Positions 37,195-49,453 of a stretch of 64,000 bases of DNA are shown piece after piece. Numbering within the stretch: position 1 is the stretch's first letter; each line of letters opens with the position of its first letter. The DNA is taken from contig DF237298.1 of assembly GCA_000708835.1 (NCBI GenBank), positions 33,616 through 97,615 on the forward strand, given 5' to 3'. A program made the translations under genes and the position numbers. This DNA is from Klebsormidium nitens (Eukaryota > Plantae > Klebsormidiophyceae). Below the pieces are notes generated by a model. That model was not told the origin of the DNA, made no database searches, and saw only the letters and a list, made by a program, of their open reading frames with translations.

Positions 37195-40100
37195 ATGGCG
37201 ACCCTCCTGCTGATCGTGGCACTCCTGAGCGTCGCCGGCAATGCCGCAGCGGTCTTGAATACCATCCAGGTGCCTAGCGGATCGTGCGCTGACCCGTCGA
37301 CAACGTATTTGCAAGCAAACAGGTATGAGCTCCCTCATTCTCTGCGCTTTTATTCTTAACTTGGAGCAGCTATGTTAAGCACCGCACAGCAATGCCCTGC
37401 CAACTAAGTCTGAATCTTCCATAACAAGGCTTGTACAGGGACAATGCTGTGCCGGCACTTCAGCTCTGAAACAGAGCGTTCCAGATCTTATTATGAACCC
37501 AGTTGATGCAGTCAGCAATCTGCCCCTCTGAGAAAGTCTTCAATGATTCTGAACCTAAAGACGTCACTTACTCTTGCCCCCTTCTGCTTGCAACTGAGGC
37601 GACATCATTGCTTCCGCTTTCAGCTGCGTGTGGCCATATCTCCTGCTAGTAGAGCTTGAGCATGGCGACATCCCAGTTGGCTCTGTGTGAGCAGAAGTTC
37701 CTCCCATCACCACTGCCCTCTGTGGAAGAAGTATCCTGACCCAGCGCTGGTCGCTGCCTGAGCTCAGTTTTGCAGGGTGGCATCAACATCCGGCGTCAAA
37801 AGCTCTTCTAGCTGCCCATAAACGAGTTTCTGAATAATTGGAAAAAGGATACCTCCTGTACGTACTTCCCACCTTTTTGAAAAAGACTAGGTATGGGACC
37901 TTACTGGGTCCTCTGTCTCTGATGTGCAGCAAGACCGTAGGACTTGGTGTTTACAACCCCGACATTCCCTTTGGTAAGCAAACCAGACCTACTCTGTGAC
38001 TTCAACGCGATTGATATATGTTTTGCCCCCAAGTGTCCACATTCCGCTCCAGATGTGAGCCTTTAGTGAAACGGCGTAAACAACTGGCATTGTAAGCGTT
38101 GGGCCAATGTGTCTCTCTTTCGGACTTCTCCTAGAATCCTCCTGCAGAATACCTTTAATGTATGTAGAATACTACATACCATTATAGTATGAGGAAAGCG
38201 GATCATACTATAATGGGCTCATCCTACTCAAACCAACATGGTAGCTATGCAATGATCCGGTGTGACCACTTCTTCTCTTGGCCTCCTTCTCACAGGCCTT
38301 TCTTTCTGACACACCTTTGTTCTTTTCGCAGTCGCACATGTCAACTCTGGCGACACTTTGAGCATGTGAGCACATTTTGCCATCTTTCCAGAGAACAAAT
38401 GAATCTCCTTACTGATGCGGTCATCTGAATCGTTTGGAGTCATCTCAGAACCTTACGCATAATTGATGGAGCCACAAGCGTCTGCTTTCTGGTCAAAGAA
38501 GGCAACCCTTGCCGCGTTACAATGTCTCAATTTCAGGAAATGCGAAACCGCGACATCTGTTTGCATTTATTGGACTAACTTAAGCTTTCAAATCCCTGTG
38601 TGCAGCGAGTGCGTGACGCCCATTGTGACAGCGTGAGTATTATTGCGTCGACAATGTCTCTTGTCCTCTTCTACAGATGACCATTAGCCCACCCCGATTG
38701 TCAGGCTTATACCTACTAAATCATCCCTCGTTATTGAGCCTCTCTCATTCACATTCTTCTAGATCTGTACCATCTTGCCATGCTTTTGAGATACTGCCAC
38801 CATGATTTCGGCACTACTGGTGGCACCTGTTCCTTACCCCATTTTAGTCTGGCCCTTGAAGTCGCACTGGGTCTCTGTATATAGAGGCGCAAGTCTTCTC
38901 AAGCACTCTCTTCAGCAATCTGGATATCTGTTGAGTCACTGTCATCTGATGCCCAAGGACCATTTTTAGACTGGGTTTGGTTCCCATTCTTGGAACAGAC
39001 ATGTCGGCGGTGCAGGGGTGGGGGAGAGGAAGCGGAGGGAAAGGGGAGGGGAAAGAGGAGAGGGAAGAAGAAAGGAGAGACGAAGGAGGGGGGGGGGGAA
39101 AGGAAGGAGTCAATTGGACTCACCTGATCCAGGTGTTATAAGATCGATACTGACTTCCTCTGTTTTGACACAAAATCTCCAGCGACTATCCCAAGATGAT
39201 CGAAGGCGACGTGGGTGTGGAGGATCTCGTCTACTGGGGACCAAGTAAGATGACTCGAGCACTTGAAGTGGAGGTGAAATGAAAGGACAGGAGCTTCGAG
39301 TGCTGACTCTCCTCTTGGTGCTGCTCTTCACTTGAAAGCTGTTCTTGTATCACTTCCTTCTATTTCGAATATTCCAGTCTGGTATGCTGCTATGCCCAGT
39401 TCAAACACCGTTCGTTTCTCCAGCATAGCATCGCTTGTCTGAACGGCCTTTCAGCACAATCGAATCGGCTTTTTACACGACTTTTGAGCCAAAGAAACTC
39501 CGGCAAAAATGCTCACCATCAAGTCCCCTTGTCGCTGCTTCTCCCAACTCATCCCTAGAAATATGTCCCGTTCTGGCCGTCCTGATGACAATTCTCTGCT
39601 CCGCCTCTCCAGATCAAACCGCACTGACCAAGAACATCCCTCTTTACCCCGGGGCCGGACCTCACTACCTCACCGGGTAAGCGTGGAATACTTGTCCGTA
39701 TCTCCCGGTCTCTGACTCTGGTCTAAAATTCTTGGTCCTCCCACTTTATTTCCTTTGACAACCATTCATCCCTCTATCCTGACTCCAACCAGCTGAGCAT
39801 CCCAGTTTGCTGTCTTTCAATCTCGTTCGTCCCAGTTTTTGCTTCTAAATCCCAGTCAAGCAGTACGCTGTCTTTTATTTCCGTTCACCCCAGTTTGTTG
39901 GCTCTAATCACTCCCGGTCGCTCGAACCCTTGCTGCACCACGACGCGAAACCCGTCTGTCGCAAAGTGCGGCTGTAGCTCAGAACTTCGAACAAGACCAG
40001 AAGACCGTCAGCTTCGTGTGCACCAAAGTCGTGCCAGGGGCGAAGTGGAGCTTCACAACTTCAGAGGCGACGAATTCCTGCTCAGTTTCACAAACGAGAG

Positions 40101-43100
40101 TTAATTGGTTCTTGCAGGCCGACGCAGGTGTGCGGCGCCCAGCCGGGGGATGTCCTCAAGGTAAGACGCTTCATTAACGACGCACTTTCAGCCTTTTTTT
40201 TTTTTGAGTTTGATTTGTCTCTTCCGGGACGACGGTGTGCTTCTGGCGCGACTCTAGAAGGACGAGGCAAACGCTTTTGAAGACCTCTGTTGGACCTGCC
40301 CCTTGCCACGAACGAGTGACGTCAGACACCGCTGGTCCGGTTTAGACTGGCATCGACTTCCCTGTTTTGCGAATCGACATTTCTCGCGTCTCAGCTGATT
40401 TGGAGCTTCCCAAACTTTGCCTGATATGCTTTTGACAATCTTTCGTGAGGCCACTTTCCATCACGCCACGTGTAACGCGAGCCAGGACCTTTGCTCTCGC
40501 AGATTGAGATCCTGAGCTTGACGCTTCGGAAGAACCCTCTGACAAACAAGGCCTACGGAGTCAATCTCCAGAACGGACCGTAAGTCTGCAGCAGTTCTTT
40601 TGCGCGCCTTTACTTGTTCGTGACGTCAGAGTGGGGTGCACCCCTTTTCCGCTCTTCGCGCGTCTTGTCATAACTTCCTCTTAGCAATTTCTCTCTCCGC
40701 CTTGTATACTGTCGACTCCGCCTGTCGCTCTTGGAACGCTTGAAGAACATGGAACAGCCATTCGATCCCAGCCCTTGCAAGTCGGATAGTCACTCTTGTT
40801 ACCCCGTAATTTCGTCACCTTGCATACGCAAAAGTATTGTAATGTAGAAATCCTAGAGATATAACCTGCCACAGCACTCCAGGATTTAGCCGGAAGTGCT
40901 CCGTTTCCCTGCAGTGCGGTCGAAAATCATCGCCCTTGCCCACAGTCTTCTTCATCCATCGAAGGAAATTAACACGCGGCGTTGCTTCCGTTCCGTTCAG
41001 GTGGCTTCCGTCCAACACTAAGAACGCGGACGGAACCAACACGTCCGCAAGCGTGGTCTCCACCGTTATCTACGAGGTGGAGGAAGACGAGTATGGGGGC
41101 TGGTCAGTGCCGTAACCAACTTCAATCAGCCCATTTTCACCCAACCAATTTTAACCCGTTTTCAGTCTTCATAACAGTTGGTTGATCTAATAGATGCCCA
41201 CGTCGTCGGAGTGGGACTCTAGTGGGTGCGATATGCGAAGCGCGTGATCCTAGAGAAGGGGTCTAGGTTCTATTCTCTGCGCTAGATTGCCGAAACCTTG
41301 GCTGGACTTGTTGAGAGAGGCGAAGTCACCACGAGTTGGCGGACGATACCTTGCGACTACAAGCGAGCTCGGCTGAGTTCTAGTCTGCGACACGAAGAGC
41401 TAATGTACTGGATGCGGCTCTTCTTGAGCATACTGCCTCGAGGTCTTAGTTGCTCTAGTCGGACGAAGGACGGAAACAGATTTGATCACTTGATTGTGTA
41501 GCCGACGCTTGCCAGGAAAAATATCCAAGTACGAAGTGTTTCAAGAGCCTCAATGGAGCTTAAGTACTTCACTTACTTGGAGTGGCCAAGTAAGTACTTA
41601 CTCTACTTAACGCCCTCCTGATAAATCCCCTTTCTCATTGCAGGGGAGTTCCCGTTTATGGCTTTACCAACCCACGTAAGCTTCACGATCAACTTCTTGC
41701 AAAGAGTTGCTCCAGCCGAGAGCCTTCCGTTTCTTGAAAAATTGGATATGCTCGCAGCTTGCTGGCTTTAACTCTCCGTTGCGGTATCCGAGGCTCAGTC
41801 CGTTCAGTCGCATATTTGGTCAGTTAAGCAGGATAGGCAGAAGGTAAACCTCTGTTTTATTGGAGGATTAACAGAAAGTCGCTGCTAGTCAGGCTGATTA
41901 CCAGACTTCAGTCTTATGGTGTTGGACACATGACCGGACCCTAACCTTGTTGCAAGGCTGCTTACCACCAAATTCTAGTGGATTTTAAACATCTAACCAC
42001 TTTCTCACGCATCTCATAACCATTCCCTAACCATCCATGGTTACGGGCCGCACACTCCTGTGCACGCACTTAGCTCATCACACGTGTCCTCCGTACAGCT
42101 GTCATCAGCCCATCTGGAACCGACGAGAGTGGCTGTAAGTCTTTCAAACCCGTTTGTCGAACGCACATATGCCATCTCTCATCAATAAGACCAACAATTC
42201 GTGAATGCTGCTTGTTCTTGAGGCAATTCTACTTGAATCAATCCGCCTGGTAAAGGTTTGTTATCAGGCAGTAGTAGGGCTTCAACAATGACGGTCTCGA
42301 CATCACTCTGTGCCAGAATTCAACCTCGAGCAACAGTTGATTTTGGTTCTTTGTGAAGCTCTTTGGTTCTTTGTGAAGCGCTTTGGGATGCTTTACTTAA
42401 GATTCTGCACCACCCGCCTGCGTCTCCAGATTGCCTCCCATTTCTCCACTGTTGAGACCCCTTGGTAAATAAAAGCGGAGTTTTCGCGCTCTCCGAGAAG
42501 TGAAGGCCTCGGAAATCTCCCTTATTCTAGTTTCTCCCCTTCCCCTCGCAACTGGAAACTCCTAGTCTCTAATATTCCAGAAGCTCTACCAGGGGATCCC
42601 CAGACTCCCGAAGTTTTCAAGATTTCCCCTCATTTTAGTTCCCTTTTCTTTCCCGCAGCCATCATTCCCCACAAGACCAACTACGGCGTCAAGACGTCAG
42701 CCAACGCTTCGGGCTTCGATCCCGTGACGTACCCCGTCGGGTTCCAGAGCACGCTCAACTCCACGACCGACATCCAGTACATGAACGCATCCTTCCAGTA
42801 TCGCATCCCCGTAAGGAAGTTCCTCGGAACCATCGGTAAGCCGCGAATTCCTTGGTCCGAAGTATCTGACCATCTCTCCTCTCTGAAGCGTAGGCTTTTC
42901 GGACCAGAGTTTAACGAGCTTCGAGTCCACCTTAATAACGATTTTCAAGCTCGGAACGCGCCTTCCGGTGACTCATCTCTTTCTGCAAACCGTTCCTTTA
43001 CACATCCTCGATCCACGTCTGCTTTTACGAGGGATATAGGGACGGTGACTGGGACTCTAATTCACTTATGTTCCCGATTTAGCCTCGTCTCAACTACAGT

Positions 43101-46100
43101 TCTGGCTGTTTGAGGGGTGTCTCTGACCAGAATGCTAGGCGGAGGCTAGGTAGCACCGTTCCAGCTCTTCGCAGAGATTCCATCGCGCAGCGCCTCTTGG
43201 AAAAAGAGGTGGGCAGTGCCTCCTGCTCGCACCCGGTCTGCAGGAAGGGTTTGGCTGCTAACCAGGCTCGGCAACCAGAAAATGTCCTGGTTTTTCCACC
43301 AGAAACCGCGCTGTAACCAAGTTCAGAATCTGGCTACTGCTCGAGTCTAGTATGAGACATAGAACCCGCTTTTAACAAGCGCGTAACCGACCGTTGTTGA
43401 GTCGCCAAAGAACGCTGTGGTCGTCACTCGGTCAGTGCAGAATGTCTGCGGCCCAAAAGAAGTCGGTATCAGATGGACGGTACTATAAGCGCTATATTAT
43501 TGCGGCCCAAACCAGAGCCAAAGACGTTGAAAGCGGCTTGAAGATGACGACTTTCAATCTTTCCCTGCAGGCGTGACTCCAGCCAACGCGGTGAAATACA
43601 TCAACGGCGCACCGGCAGGTACCTAGTCGTTATCTCTATGCTCTGAATATGAACACCGGCGTTCTTGTTTGCAAACAGGCTTCCAAGTTAACTTAGTGGG
43701 GCTCCTGTTGCATGCTGAGAGAAAACCTCAGAAAATTCACCCTTGCTTCGTAAACTTGCGGAATGGGGGAATGTGCATGGGGCCAGACCGTGCGCGTGCG
43801 AATATGATCACGAGCACAGGTATGACGTGACCCAGCCGTCGATTTCTTCGTCCTTCCATCAGCAAAGGAGAACAGGGGACACGAAGATCTACAGCACAGT
43901 GTAGGAATTGATGACTTTGATGTTGCAGCAAAGTTGGCTTCGATCCGAGGAAAATGTTGTCCGTTGTACCATCATCTAGACAGTTGACGACGTTTCGTAA
44001 ATCCTGATAGCAACTGCTTTTTTTTTGCAGGCACCAAGGGAGCCGCCAGCTGGGCGCCTTCTAGATTCGGCGGTAACATGGTGAGGTTCTCGAGCCATTT
44101 TCTCGGTTCAAAGCAAGGAACGAGTCCTGCTTCGACTCGTAAATTCTTGCTTCCGACAACGAATGAGTACCCCTTTCCTTTTTTTGTTTCCTTTGAAAAA
44201 ATTTCGAGGAGTTTGAGTACGAAGCAGACCAAGTAGACTCCCTTCTTGTTTTCCGCCAACCGCGCTCGAACCTACTCGCGCGTGTTCGCTTGAATGGCGT
44301 AGAACGGACGTTGGCAGGCGGCCGAATCGTTGAACACGGCCGTCGTCAGGAAAATCTCTGGCGGGCAGTTCATGAGGCAGGCCGAACAAGCACACCCGAC
44401 GCCAAGGTCTTGTTAGGGAGTTTCGCGCGTTCTGGGCGAAGAAGTGTCGAGCCCGAAAACATTCTACAGGCTGTGCCTTTTTAACAAGCAATGAACCTTC
44501 GGATAGATAAAGGTTCGTGATCACGCGCAGGATGGTTAATCAATAAGGCGTTTAACATTCAAACCTTAAAGGTCGCGTGACCTGTGCAGGATAACTGGCG
44601 TGTGGGCGCCGGTGCCACTCTGTACGTCCAGGTGGAGATCCCAGGTTAGTGCGCAAACCAGACGGTTTTCGCCCCAAGTAAATTCGAGGTTAAGGGTTTG
44701 TACCTTTTGAAATGCTGGCGTCAGAATTGTGAACTCAGGCGCCAAAGTTCTGAGGACTACGACTAATCCTGTTGCAGATCTAAGAAAGATTGTCTTCTCT
44801 AGAATACCGCGTCGAAAATCATCCCTTGTTTCTATGAAATTTTTCTGCTTGAATTGATTGCATCGAGACACGAAAGCCTAGAACGACAGTATCTTGATAC
44901 CCTGGAACCTCTTTTACTGCACTCCACTTTGCTAATCTCCGGACTCCGGGAATACCCTGTCTGCGGTGAAGTTTACACCTTGTGGCCGGCTCCAGTTCTG
45001 CATCTAAAGTGTTTCTCTCTTCTTCTCAGGCGCGGGCTTCTACTTAGGCGGTGAGTACTCAAGCTTCTTTTTGGATTCCTGACCCTTCCATCCTAATCAT
45101 CTTGGGTCCCGCGGTTTTGATCCTCGCTGAAGTCAAACTGGCTGGATGTTCCCTATACATTTGTTGACAGGAACAAAGCTCTTGTCAACACGTGTTTGCT
45201 TTAAAACACGTGTTGATGAAAAGCAGGCGGATAGCGAGTCGGGATATCGCAATCCGTCGGCTTTTGTTTTGATAACATTGCATTATGGGCACACGGTCTG
45301 GCCCCGTTTCGAAACCTCTTGAAACGACACTCAGAATATTGCCTAGCGACACGTCTTTAATGCGGAGATGAGGAAGTGTCAAGTGAGATCAGGGTCGGGG
45401 GCTGAAACCAGAATTGACACCATCTGCAGACTGCCACGCCGCACAGGGCGACGCCGAGATTTCCGGAACCGCCATCGAGGCGTCGCTCGACGGCGTCTAC
45501 CGTCTCACCGTGCTGCCGGCCGCTACTCTCCCGGCGGCTATGAAGAATCTGAGGTCAGCTTCCGCTTGAATCCTTCGTTCCAATCGCCTTTTCTCGTCCG
45601 TCGAATTTTGTTTCCCCGTTACTCTTACTTGCTGTGCTGTCCTGTTGACTCAAAATTGCCTTCTGGCCGGAGAGATTCCTTCCATCCTCTTTGTAGTCAT
45701 GTGTCCTCGCGTCGTATCTGTTGTACGTTCCTCTTCTATCTTCTCCTATCTCAATCGCCTCGCGCTTTGTCTTTGTTTGTGTGACGAGCAGCATTACGCG
45801 AAACGGTTTCTGACGAAGATGTCTTATTTTGTTGCAGCTTCCCGATTGTAGAGACTGCCACCCACATTGATATCCAGGGCTTCGCGGTAAGATGCGCGTC
45901 CGTTCAGGCATATTACTTCGCTCTCACAGCTATTACGAGTTCTGCTCATATCATGAAAAGAAATCAACCGACAAACGGTTTTACTTTGATACATTTTCCA
46001 AGGGGAAAGCAGCGGGTCATGGATAGGTTTCCAAGGACCAACCGTATGTGGAGCAAGATACTGGAAAGATACGGAGTAGCTTCCTGCAATATAATCATAT

Positions 46101-48198
46101 GACTCGTTTCGAAGCGAAAAATCTCGCCCGTGCTTAGACGGAGCTTTTTGAATCCATCGTCAACGTATCGTTTGGAAACCCTGAACTCGGTAAAAACAAT
46201 GCAAACCCAACCGGACTTCTGCGCGCGCAGTTCAACAACTACCTCGACGAGCTGGCCGTGCCCAGTGCCGTTGCCACCTCCGGCGGCGCGAGCGTCGACA
46301 AGGCGCTCGCGCACGCGTACGAGAACGCGCGCACCTTCCTGGTCAAGGGCTTCGGGATGCAGGTGGGTTTATCAAACCACCACTTACTGATCTGATGTGG
46401 ATATATCTTTTGGAAAAATCTTACTGTAGCACAAGCGCAGTTTATCGGTACGGCAGCTGTTGAGAGGCAGATTGATTCACAGAGGACCCTGTCAGTCACC
46501 GCAAGGTGGGTTACGATTGGGCTTAACAGAATTGATCACTTACCGCGAGGTCGGTTACAATCAGGTTAGCAGTTGATCACTCGCCGCAAAGTCAGTGAAC
46601 ATCAGGTTTAGCCATTGATCGAAGTGCCCAATTAAGAATCAGTCCCCAGCTCGCTTAAGGAAGACAGTCGCCCCCTCTGAATTGCGATCGTTGCGCTCTT
46701 TTATTCAAACTGCATTTTGTCAAAGGTTCCGTCCGTCTGAAAGCCCGCATCGTCCAGATTCTGTTTACCTATCCTATCCATTACCCCCTTCCTTTCAGAA
46801 ACTCGAAGTTATCACCTCTTACGGCTTAATCCTCGTTGGTTTCCCTCGATTGTCCGGGCATTCCTTTCGACCACGGTTACTTCTTTATCCTTCCTGATTC
46901 ACGCGGGCTCTCAATACAAAGGGTAATTGTGAAACCGTCCCGCTAATCTGTTGTGCCCGGGCTTCATTTCAAAGTTTTGTCTTGTAACCTTGTCCTAACC
47001 TGTTTTCAGGAGCGCGAAGCCCTGTCCCTAATCAGCACTGGGGTGGACTTCGGCGTTACCCAGGTCGTGGACCAGAATTTCGGTAAGGCAAAAATCGCAA
47101 AAGCTCATCAATGCATGATAATCCGTAAGAGCTTGCTGACGACGTCACCCTTTGCAATCCCGTCGCCGAACTGAACCTTCTCGAGAGCTTCTTGAGGATG
47201 AAAGTCAGGATTTGCGACACACCCGATCCGGGTCACCGACGGGAGTCCTGGAATCTCGTTCATGATGAGGTTCGTGACGTGTTTTGACCGCAAAGCGTTG
47301 TGGACGCTCACTAAACGGATATGCCGTGAGCTCGTCCCACTGGCACAGTCCGCAAGATCTATTCAGGATGGAAGTCTTCGAAAGCTTGGTCGATGAAGGT
47401 CACGGCGGATCTCGTTAGGGCGCAGTTTGGAACGGTCACGAGTCAAATCGAAAGCCTTCGCCGCGGATCGGATCCGCTATCGCCACTGTGAAGTCCTGAG
47501 TGGCGAAGGCGTTTGCTAGGAAATCGGCATCTTCCCGGTGTCTTCCCTCTTCCACCAATGGAAGTGACCGTAGACTTCGTGACCAGTGCCGACCGGTCGC
47601 CTTCTCCAATGAGTGCGCGAAGACAATCCACCTCTCACTGATGACTTTGCTGCTGGTACGCTAAGGGACCGATCCCGAGAGACCCGAACGTGGCAAGTCG
47701 CTCTTCTCTTCGCAGGAGTGCACGCCAACATCCCGAAGGCCATCTTCAGCTCCAAGTCCGGTTCGGGCGCGGGCATCTTCACGGGGCCGTCCAGCCGCAA
47801 GCTCAAGGCCGAGGTGACTTATCTTTTGCATTCCACGGGTTTCAAGATTGTTACAGTTTATTGCGTTGCGGTGCGCCGAATCATTGTCCTTACAAGGAAG
47901 CCTAGTGACTTAGAGACGGGTCTTCCAGTCCAACGGAAACTCCGAAGGGAGTTTCCGAGATCGGGTCTCTTGTGCTTTTGCACATCGTCGAAATGTTTGG
48001 CCTTCGAAGCCCAGTAGGCGAGGGTTTTGTTTGACGTGCTTATGCTACGTCGAGCACCCACGGATGCGGAACGGCTGCGATTTGCGCCTCTCTGACTTCA
48101 CACGATTTTCCTACTTGCTGACGGTTAGAATTCTGGTATTGCAGAAGGAAGAGCCGGAGGACCTCATCGGTCTCCTCCGCAGGTTTGAGAAGAAGTAG
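37195..48198 (+). CDS. Acetamidase/formamidase (FmdA/AmdA) family protein with N-terminal signal peptide, 497 aa
   Basis: 21 exons assembled by hand; all GT-AG and in phase, 1494 nt total: 37195-37322, 37930-37973, 38332-38365, 38606-38632, 39183-39244, 39613-39676, 40118-40160, 40503-40579, 41001-41102, 41644-41675, 42659-42835, 43571-43618, 44031-44080, 44590-44644, 45030-45050, 45430-45553, 45838-45886, 46231-46362, 47010-47082, 47716-47813, 48145-48198. Family motifs: VNSGDTLSIE, GPHYLTGP-x-x-VCGAQPGDVLKIEIL, RIPVRKFLGTIGVTP, FGGNMDNWRVGAGATLYVQVEIPGAGFYLGDCHAAQGDAEISGTAIEASL, VDFGVTQVVDQNFGVHA. The terminal exon is less certain. Confidence 0.9.
39014..39109 (+). repeat. Polypurine (G/A) low-complexity tract
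   Basis: About 95 nt almost entirely G/A, including a run of about 11 G, in formamidase intron 4. Confidence 0.85.
46497..46620 (+). repeat. Degenerate 41-bp tandem repeat (x3) in formamidase intron 18
   Basis: ACCGCAAGGTGGGTTACGATTGGGCTTAACAGAATTGATCAC / ACCGCGAGGTCGGTTACAATCAGGTTAGCAGTTGATCAC / GCCGCAAAGTCAGTGAACATCAGGTTTAGCCATTGATC. Confidence 0.7.
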
Positions 48199-49453
48199 CC
48201 GTTGTAACTGTGGGTCTTAGTTGTCGATCTTTTCAAACCTCCAACGTCGATCTCAAGGTTACTCGTAGCAAATGTTCTCCGATCTGGTTTGCAAGTGCAA
48301 GATTCCCAGCAAACGAGTCGAACCCAGGCCTAAATTAGGCATAGTTTGGAAGGACAGCTAGGCGGTCGTCAGTCTTTGGCTATACATGTGTTGATCAACT
48401 ACAAGCCTGAAGTGGTTCATTACTTTGCATTAGTTAGAAATAAAGCAGACGTCCAGCTAGAGCAGTGAAGCACCAATCCAGACCGCGGCGCGCAACAGAC
48501 GACTTTTCAAGGCGGCTAGAGCTTCTGCCAGATTCTAGGATCTGAGTCCGACCTATAAAGGCGGATCAAAGCTTGAACGGTCAAACTAGTTACTATGGAT
48601 CTTAGCTGGTGACAGACGTCAGATTACATTCCTATTACAAATCTGTCGATAAAGGAAGGTTGTACACCTTCAGTAGGCCATGCCTTTCAATATTTATCGT
48701 AATTAGTGCCCGAGTGACCATCCGATCCACTGAAGCAGCAGTCGGAGGGTCCATGCATGGAGCCGCGACATGGCATCTGGGGCCATTCAAGCGCAGCGTA
48801 TCATATAACTTCAATGGACAGATATGTACTATACGAAACGCGCACTGACCGCATGCATGCGCCCGGCGCCGGCGGCGCCGGGCGCGGCACATATACTATA
48901 TTTGATTCATGCAATTGAACGTGACGCTGTCCTAGAAGACGCGCACAATTAAACATGCCTGAACGTGCGGAGTAAATGATTTCTATATGCGAGATCCTAA
49001 CATAATCAACGGCACAAATGATCATTTCTTCAACATGACGAACGCGTGACAGTTTGCAGGTCCTCAGGCCGAGTCCGATCATCCTGGCATCACATAGACA
49101 ACACGCTGCCTTAGAAGTCGCGGCGCGCGCCCCGGCCACCAATCGTTTAAATCAACGTAGGTGTCTTGTATAAGAGCTAGCTGGCATGCCACGCTATATA
49201 CATGTGATCTGTGGGCGCCTATGAGTCAGGCTCAATTGGCAACTGCTCTCCATCCAACAGCCAGCGCTGTCAGGTGATGAGCTAGTTTCAAAATCAATTT
49301 GCCCACGTGCAACGGCGTCGTTCGGCCATTGATGATGTAGAATTAGAACGCTTGAGCATGCGGAAAGTAAGGCCGTCTTTGTCTGTCGTGCTCGGAGGAC
49401 TACGGTGTACATGAATGTAGGCTCCTCTGGATCATCAATCGGTCTACACGAGC

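Noticed and set aside
37620-37860. Candidate second exon for the signal-peptide gene
   Set aside because: Stops early in all frames; the 37930-37973 exon fits both phase and family alignment.
42342-42385. Two-copy 20-bp tandem duplication (also 18582-18620)
   Set aside because: Ordinary small slippage duplications with no link to splice sites.
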